Below are positions 45,365 to 49,728 of a stretch of 49,728 nt of DNA, in pieces. This stretch comes from Candidatus Iainarchaeum sp. (lineage in GTDB: Archaea > Iainarchaeota > Iainarchaeia > JAFGOX01), in NCBI GenBank assembly GCA_016926295.1, contig JAFGOX010000032.1, positions 1 through 49,728 on the forward strand, in the 5' to 3' direction. How positions within the stretch are numbered: the first letter of the stretch is position 1; each line of letters opens with the position of its first letter. Under the pieces are notes generated by a model. That model had not been told where the DNA came from and ran no database searches. It saw nothing but the letters and a program-made list of their open reading frames with translations. The position numbers were made by a program, and so were the translations under genes.

Positions 45365-46582
45365 CTAAAACTTCTTCAGCTCTTTCTGGCGCTTCCACCA
45401 TTTCCATCCAAAGAAACCAAGTGCAGCAATCACAATTATCGGAATTAGATAATCCCATATTGTCGGCTGGAGCATTGGTTCAATGTAAACTGAAAATGCT
45501 TTTGAGATAAACTTTGTATCATCATTGTCTCTGTAGGCAACTTTTATTGTAAATGTGTTTGTTCCGGCAGGTATTGTTGCATCTGTTTTGAAATCAATAA
45601 CTGCAGTTCCTGAATCGTCCTCATCAATTGTTCCGACATAAGTTGCAGAAGGGGCAGTCATTCCTTCTGGCGGAATTATTTCAACGTAAACTGCGTCTGC
45701 GGAAACAGAACCTATGTTCTCAAGCTCCAATGATGCTGAGAATGCGTCCCCTTGTCGTATTATTTCCTCATCGTAAGTAAAATTTGAAGGAACTAAATTG
45801 GGGTGACCAATTATCCTTACAGAAATATTTTCTACATCTAAGTTTTCTGATTCATCTTCCACTGTCAAAGTAAATGGAATTACTCCGGGCAATGCATCCC
45901 TGTCAACAATAAAAGAAAAGTCTATATTTCGCTCTTCATTAACCTCAAGGTTTCCCAAGTGCAATGAAAGTTGTGAGGCCGGCAGGATATAGGTTTCATA
46001 GTCGTCAGAGTAAGTTAGTTTTGCAGTAACCTTCTTTGCAACATCATCCCCTGTATTTTTAACTTTTGCACTTATTGTGAATGCTTTGTTCAATTCCACA
46101 TTCTGCGGCTCAATAGAAACAGAAACTATGTCTGGCTCTGAATAGGAAGTTACGTCAATAGTGGCTTTCAGAACGGGGGTTACTTTTGTTTCATTTGAAA
46201 TATACTCCATTTGCAAAGGGATTGCGTAGGTTCCCGGGCTAACATTATCATTTACCTTGAATCTAAATACTACTGTTCCATCCTGGCTAACCCTCAACTG
46301 CGTCAAAGTATCCTCTGTAATAATTCCTGTAAATTCAGAAGGAAGCAAAACTGTTGCAGTAATATCCTTGGTAATAAAACCGTAGCTTGGGTTACTCAAA
46401 ACAATGGATAATGTAACCTCATCACCCGGATGTATGGTACTCGGATAAACTGTTTGAGAGTCAACTAATATTGACTCTGAGTATGCGCTTCCGGATACTC
46501 CGGAAACTGATGGTTGTGCTGCGCAAACAAAATTTGCACAAAATACTACTACAAATATGCTGAGTATAAGTCTGTCATTCAT
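45365..46582 (-). CDS. Secreted, C-terminally anchored surface protein with repeated Ig-like domains (COG1361/CARDB-like)
   Basis: The N-terminal signal peptide is ILSIFVVVFCANFVCAA. Repeated beta-rich modules follow. The C-terminus has a TM helix plus a basic tail (WKWWKRQKELKKF). It is the first gene of the ABC operon. Confidence 0.7.
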   Translation of the reverse strand: MNDRLILSIFVVVFCANFVCAAQPSVSGVSGSAYSESILVDSQTVYPSTIHPGDEVTLSIVLSNPSYGFITKDITATVLLPSEFTGIITEDTLTQLRVSQDGTVVFRFKVNDNVSPGTYAIPLQMEYISNETKVTPVLKATIDVTSYSEPDIVSVSIEPQNVELNKAFTISAKVKNTGDDVAKKVTAKLTYSDDYETYILPASQLSLHLGNLEVNEERNIDFSFIVDRDALPGVIPFTLTVEDESENLDVENISVRIIGHPNLVPSNFTYDEEIIRQGDAFSASLELENIGSVSADAVYVEIIPPEGMTAPSATYVGTIDEDDSGTAVIDFKTDATIPAGTNTFTIKVAYRDNDDTKFISKAFSVYIEPMLQPTIWDYLIPIIVIAALGFFGWKWWKRQKELKKF

Positions 46583-46620
46583 ATAAATTCACCCCTAATA
46601 GTATAGACATATTTAAAAAT

Positions 46621-47136
46621 ATGAATACCCCTATAAAGCTTATGGATTGGCTAACGGCCTGGTTCTTGTGGTTTGTAGATTGCTATGGGTTACCTGCAAT
46701 ATTTGTAGCATCGGCATTAGCGAGCGCCACCATTGTGATTCCCACGCCGTTCAATGCGGTTGTTTTTCTTATTGCGCCATTCTACGACCCCTTTATCCTT
46801 ACTCTTGTAACTGCCCTCGGTACATCATTAGGGGAATTAAGCGCATACGCTCTAGGTCGCGGTGGTGAGGCGGCATTATCCCATTTCAAGAAAACTTCAC
46901 AAAAGGAAATTGAAAAAATAAAGAAAGTCTTTGAAAAATACGGATTCTGGGCAATAGTTGTATTTGCACTAACTCCTTTACCTTTGGATATAGTGGGCGT
47001 GCTTGCAGGAATGACACAGTACGACATAAAAAAATTCTTCGTCGGCACAGTAATTGGCAAGCTGGGGCAGTATTCAATAATTGTGTACGGAGGCTATTAC
47101 GGACTTCCGATTGTTATGCAGGCCTTTGGAATCTAG
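46621..47136 (+). CDS. DedA/VTT (SNARE-associated) family membrane protein
   Basis: The product is 171 aa and contains GELSAYALGRGG and LTPLPLDIVGVLAGMTQ. Confidence 0.7.
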   Translation: MNTPIKLMDWLTAWFLWFVDCYGLPAIFVASALASATIVIPTPFNAVVFLIAPFYDPFILTLVTALGTSLGELSAYALGRGGEAALSHFKKTSQKEIEKIKKVFEKYGFWAIVVFALTPLPLDIVGVLAGMTQYDIKKFFVGTVIGKLGQYSIIVYGGYYGLPIVMQAFGI

Positions 47137-47654
47137 CGCAAAAGTCGATTTATATTCAATATGGCCATTGCCGAAAACATTGAGCCCACAATGAAGAATA
47201 CAAATGCTGAAGACGGGGGGAATGCGGGTGTGGCCACAAGCGGCACAATACTAAGTATTGCCAAACCTATAAACAAAAATGTCGTTGCAATGTAAAGTCT
47301 GTGGCCTTCGGGGTCTGTACTAATTGTAAGGTGCGGAACCAAAAACACAATCTTAAGGAAACTCCTGAAATTTATTTCCTCAACGTTCTGGAATAATTTT
47401 ACTGCAAGGGCGATAGAAAAGACCGTTACAAAAGCATAGAACAAAGTCAGGGTTACGGGGGTGGAAATAACATAGGTTATCCCTTCTCCTGCCAGCCTGA
47501 CTACACCATCATATACTACATAGGTCAAAAGACCGTAAATTATTGCATTTGCAAAAAAAACGCCTGAAAGTAACAGGCTTGTTTTCTTCTCATTGCTTAG
47601 CAGAGATTCTGGTTTAACAGGATTCTTTTTCACAGTTTGTCTTTTCTTTGCCAT
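47133..47654 (-). CDS. Hypothetical 4-TM membrane protein
   Basis: The 173-aa product has a basic N-terminus followed by four hydrophobic helices. It lies downstream of the ATP-grasp gene on the same strand. Confidence 0.5.
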   Translation of the reverse strand: MAKKRQTVKKNPVKPESLLSNEKKTSLLLSGVFFANAIIYGLLTYVVYDGVVRLAGEGITYVISTPVTLTLFYAFVTVFSIALAVKLFQNVEEINFRSFLKIVFLVPHLTISTDPEGHRLYIATTFLFIGLAILSIVPLVATPAFPPSSAFVFFIVGSMFSAMAILNINRLLR

Positions 47655-47704
47655 GTGTCTATAATTCGATTATACTATAAAAATCTATCGCGAGAACAAA
47701 AACT

Positions 47705-48523
47705 CTAATTCAAATATCGTTCAATTGAGGCTGTGATAGCTTCCAAAAACTTATCCTTCAATTCTTCATTAATCTCAGTTAGCGAAAAATATGGCGAATC
47801 ATCCTCAATTTCCAACAATAACAAGGATCCGTCTAACAGCCTGACTGCATCTATTCTTTGTATTCCATTTTCCAATTTATTCCATGAAACAAATTTTTTG
47901 GCAAATGTTAAATCTTCTTTTGAAGGATTAAATAATTTTGGTTCTGGCCATAAGGGAAACTTTGAAGGCTCAAAAATCAGACAGTACATGAACTCCTTAT
48001 TGACATAGTAAAAAGATATTTCATATTTGAATTCAAGTTTTGGCTGAATCATTATGTTGCTACCCTTAAGTTTTTTTAGTTCAGGGCAGGTCAGAACCTT
48101 AACCCCTGCCGAACTAAATCCATGTTTTGGCTTGATTAAGTACTGCTCAGACTTTGGCAATTTATTGATGTCCTTCAGAGAATCAACAGTCGGGATGACC
48201 GGATAGCCTTTCTTAAAAAGTTCAACTAAATAATCTTTTCCATATCGGTCTGCGGACGCATTAAAATCATTATATAATTTCAAATTCTTGGCTTTTGCCC
48301 TTGACAGAAATTCATTCTTTATCTTTTCATAATGCTCGTGTTTCTGTTCATCAGACGGCCATGTATCACGAATCATTATTAAATCAAAATTATCTTCAAT
48401 GGGTTCAATCTTATCAAAATACGAGACCGTTACATCAAACTTCTTTTTTAAATGGTCAACAAGAAGCAAATCCTCTGTTTCTCCGTTTGTCAAATCTGTT
48501 AAAAACAAAATTGATTTGGGCAT
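47705..48523 (-). CDS. ATP-grasp fold protein (RimK/GshB-like ligase)
   Basis: It has KPKHGFSSAGVKVL, IMIQPKLEFKYEISFYYV and RIDAVRLLDGSLLLLEIEDDSPYF in the order expected for an ATP-grasp fold. Confidence 0.65.
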   Translation of the reverse strand: MPKSILFLTDLTNGETEDLLLVDHLKKKFDVTVSYFDKIEPIEDNFDLIMIRDTWPSDEQKHEHYEKIKNEFLSRAKAKNLKLYNDFNASADRYGKDYLVELFKKGYPVIPTVDSLKDINKLPKSEQYLIKPKHGFSSAGVKVLTCPELKKLKGSNIMIQPKLEFKYEISFYYVNKEFMYCLIFEPSKFPLWPEPKLFNPSKEDLTFAKKFVSWNKLENGIQRIDAVRLLDGSLLLLEIEDDSPYFSLTEINEELKDKFLEAITASIERYLN

Positions 48524-48633
48524 ATACTTTAACTCTGGCCGAATAAACTTATAAGCTTATTCAACCACCCGATTAACGGCATTTAAAAACGCAAGTTATA
48601 AAAAGAAAAGAGCGCTTTAGATATTGATAGCTT

Positions 48634-49149
48634 ATGAAAAAAGCAGCATCCCCTGTTGTTTCATCCACACTGATACTTCTTGTAAGTGTAATGCTAATTG
48701 CATTAGTGTACATATGGTCGCAAACAACAGTTACTGCATTCATGACATCATTAAATGCTGAGGCGCAAAGGCAGACTTTAATCCTGTCTTCAGAAATAAC
48801 AATATATCCCTGCCCTGAAACAAACCTTCAGACTGGCGTCGGGCCAACATATTACATATTCATAGACAACACAGGGTCGACCACTTTAACAAACGTGACA
48901 ACTTATTTCGACGGAGTCCAAGTTGTATGGAACTGTGCAACCACCCCGCACACAAACTGCGTATACGGGATGTTTAGGGATGATCCTACAACGGCCTTGT
49001 TCCCTGAAGAGCAGTCTACTGTCTTAGAGGAACTGGCGCCAGGGGACGTAGCATGGATTGCATTGGGTGAATTAACATCATCCGACCTGTCCGGCGTCAC
49101 TATTTATGTTACAAGCGAAGAAACTTCAGCAAGTTACACATTCCCTTAG
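48634..49149 (+). CDS. Archaeal type IV pilin-like protein (class III signal peptide)
   Basis: The N-terminus MKKAASPVVSSTLILLVSVMLIALVYIW matches the K-A/G | x-SPV-hydrophobic pilin or flagellin-N pattern. Confidence 0.7.
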   Translation: MKKAASPVVSSTLILLVSVMLIALVYIWSQTTVTAFMTSLNAEAQRQTLILSSEITIYPCPETNLQTGVGPTYYIFIDNTGSTTLTNVTTYFDGVQVVWNCATTPHTNCVYGMFRDDPTTALFPEEQSTVLEELAPGDVAWIALGELTSSDLSGVTIYVTSEETSASYTFP

Positions 49150-49158
49150 GGTGAAAAA

Positions 49159-49728
49159 ATGAAAAAAGCTGAGGCGCTGAAATTCAAGCGTCGCGTTATG
49201 CGGGTTATCAATGACTCAGACATCATACTAGAGGTAGTGGATGCGCGCTTTCCACAGGACACAAGAAACAAAGAACTGGAAAAAATAGTCAAAAACAAGG
49301 GCAAGACTTTGATGATTGTAATAAACAAGGCTGATTTGGTGCCTCTCAAAGAGGTAAGGAAAATACAGGAAGAGCTTGAATATCCGTCAGTCTACACATC
49401 ATGCAAAAGCTATCAAGGGATAAGCAACCTAAAAGTACAGCTTCAGATAATGGCAAAAGGAAAGGAAATGCTAAAAGTAGGAATAATTGGCATGCCCAAC
49501 ACAGGAAAGTCAAGTATCACAAACAGGTTAAGGCACAAAAAGGTCGCAAGAGTCAGTCCGCTTGCGGGTTTCACAAAGGGCGAGCAGTGGATTAAGATAC
49601 TGCCAAATGTCATGCTGCTTGATAGTCCCGGAGTATTGGATAGGGAAATACCCTATAAACTGGCTGCGCTTGTAGGCTCAAGAAACCCAGAGGAATTCAA
49701 ATCCGCTGAACCTTTGGCAATTGAAATA
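49159..49728 (+). CDS. Circularly permuted GTPase (YlqF/YawG-like), N-terminal part (3' end lies outside the window)
   Basis: My hand translation gives MKKAEALKFKRRVMRVINDSDIILEVVDARFP...VINKADL...GIIGMPNTGKSS...LLDSPG. G4 precedes G1 and G3. The frame stays open to the window end, and the ORF is missing from the track. Confidence 0.8.
   Translation, partial: MKKAEALKFKRRVMRVINDSDIILEVVDARFPQDTRNKELEKIVKNKGKTLMIVINKADLVPLKEVRKIQEELEYPSVYTSCKSYQGISNLKVQLQIMAKGKEMLKVGIIGMPNTGKSSITNRLRHKKVARVSPLAGFTKGEQWIKILPNVMLLDSPGVLDREIPYKLAALVGSRNPEEFKSAEPLAIEI

Noticed and set aside
1-49728. CRISPR arrays, rRNA genes, large tandem repeats and prophage or defence islands.
   Set aside because: I saw no regularly spaced direct repeats and no non-coding stretch longer than about 175 bp. 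I recognised no restriction, toxin-antitoxin, Cas or other defence signatures. The only mobile DNA detected is the single IS.

Overview
The window is a densely packed chromosomal segment from an archaeon. The informational gene set suggests a small-genome, DPANN-like or euryarchaeote-like lineage, but that lineage call is inference. It appears AT-rich by eye; I did not compute GC. Almost every gene is a recognisable housekeeping gene.

Gene content:
- Replication and repair: PolD DP1 and DP2, Orc1/Cdc6, Hel308, Hjc, DnaG, RPA and RadA.
- A conserved archaeal cluster: S19e, PDCD5-like, L39e, L31e, aIF6, prefoldin alpha, FtsY and SRP54.
- tRNA and RNA modification: TrmY, Pus10, Trm56, RtcA and Rpr2.
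- Fe-S assembly: NifS and IscU.
- Lipid synthesis: GGGP synthase.
- Envelope functions: MscS, three large polytopic membrane proteins, a MacB-type ABC module with a COG1361 surface protein, a prepilin peptidase and a pilin.
- Genes commonly overlap by 4-8 nt, and GGAGG-like Shine-Dalgarno motifs precede many starts.

No CRISPR array, rRNA or large non-coding gap is present.

Non-routine content:
1. A complete IS200/IS605-type element has divergent tnpA and tnpB and subterminal hairpins. It sits within about 20 nt of the hjc start codon. Its TnpB has intact RuvC and zinc-ribbon motifs.
2. A five-gene tRNA cluster contains tRNA-Ile(GAU) interrupted in the T-loop by a 42-nt intron. I could fold this by hand into a textbook bulge-helix-bulge motif. 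The same cluster has a canonical 37/38 intron in tRNA-Leu(CAA).
3. A SepF homologue is translationally coupled to an uncharacterised membrane-anchored protein.
4. Several orphan or atypically extended proteins are present.

I found no unambiguous multi-gene system that looks both novel and self-contained. The best candidates for follow-up are listed in the findings, each with its caveats.
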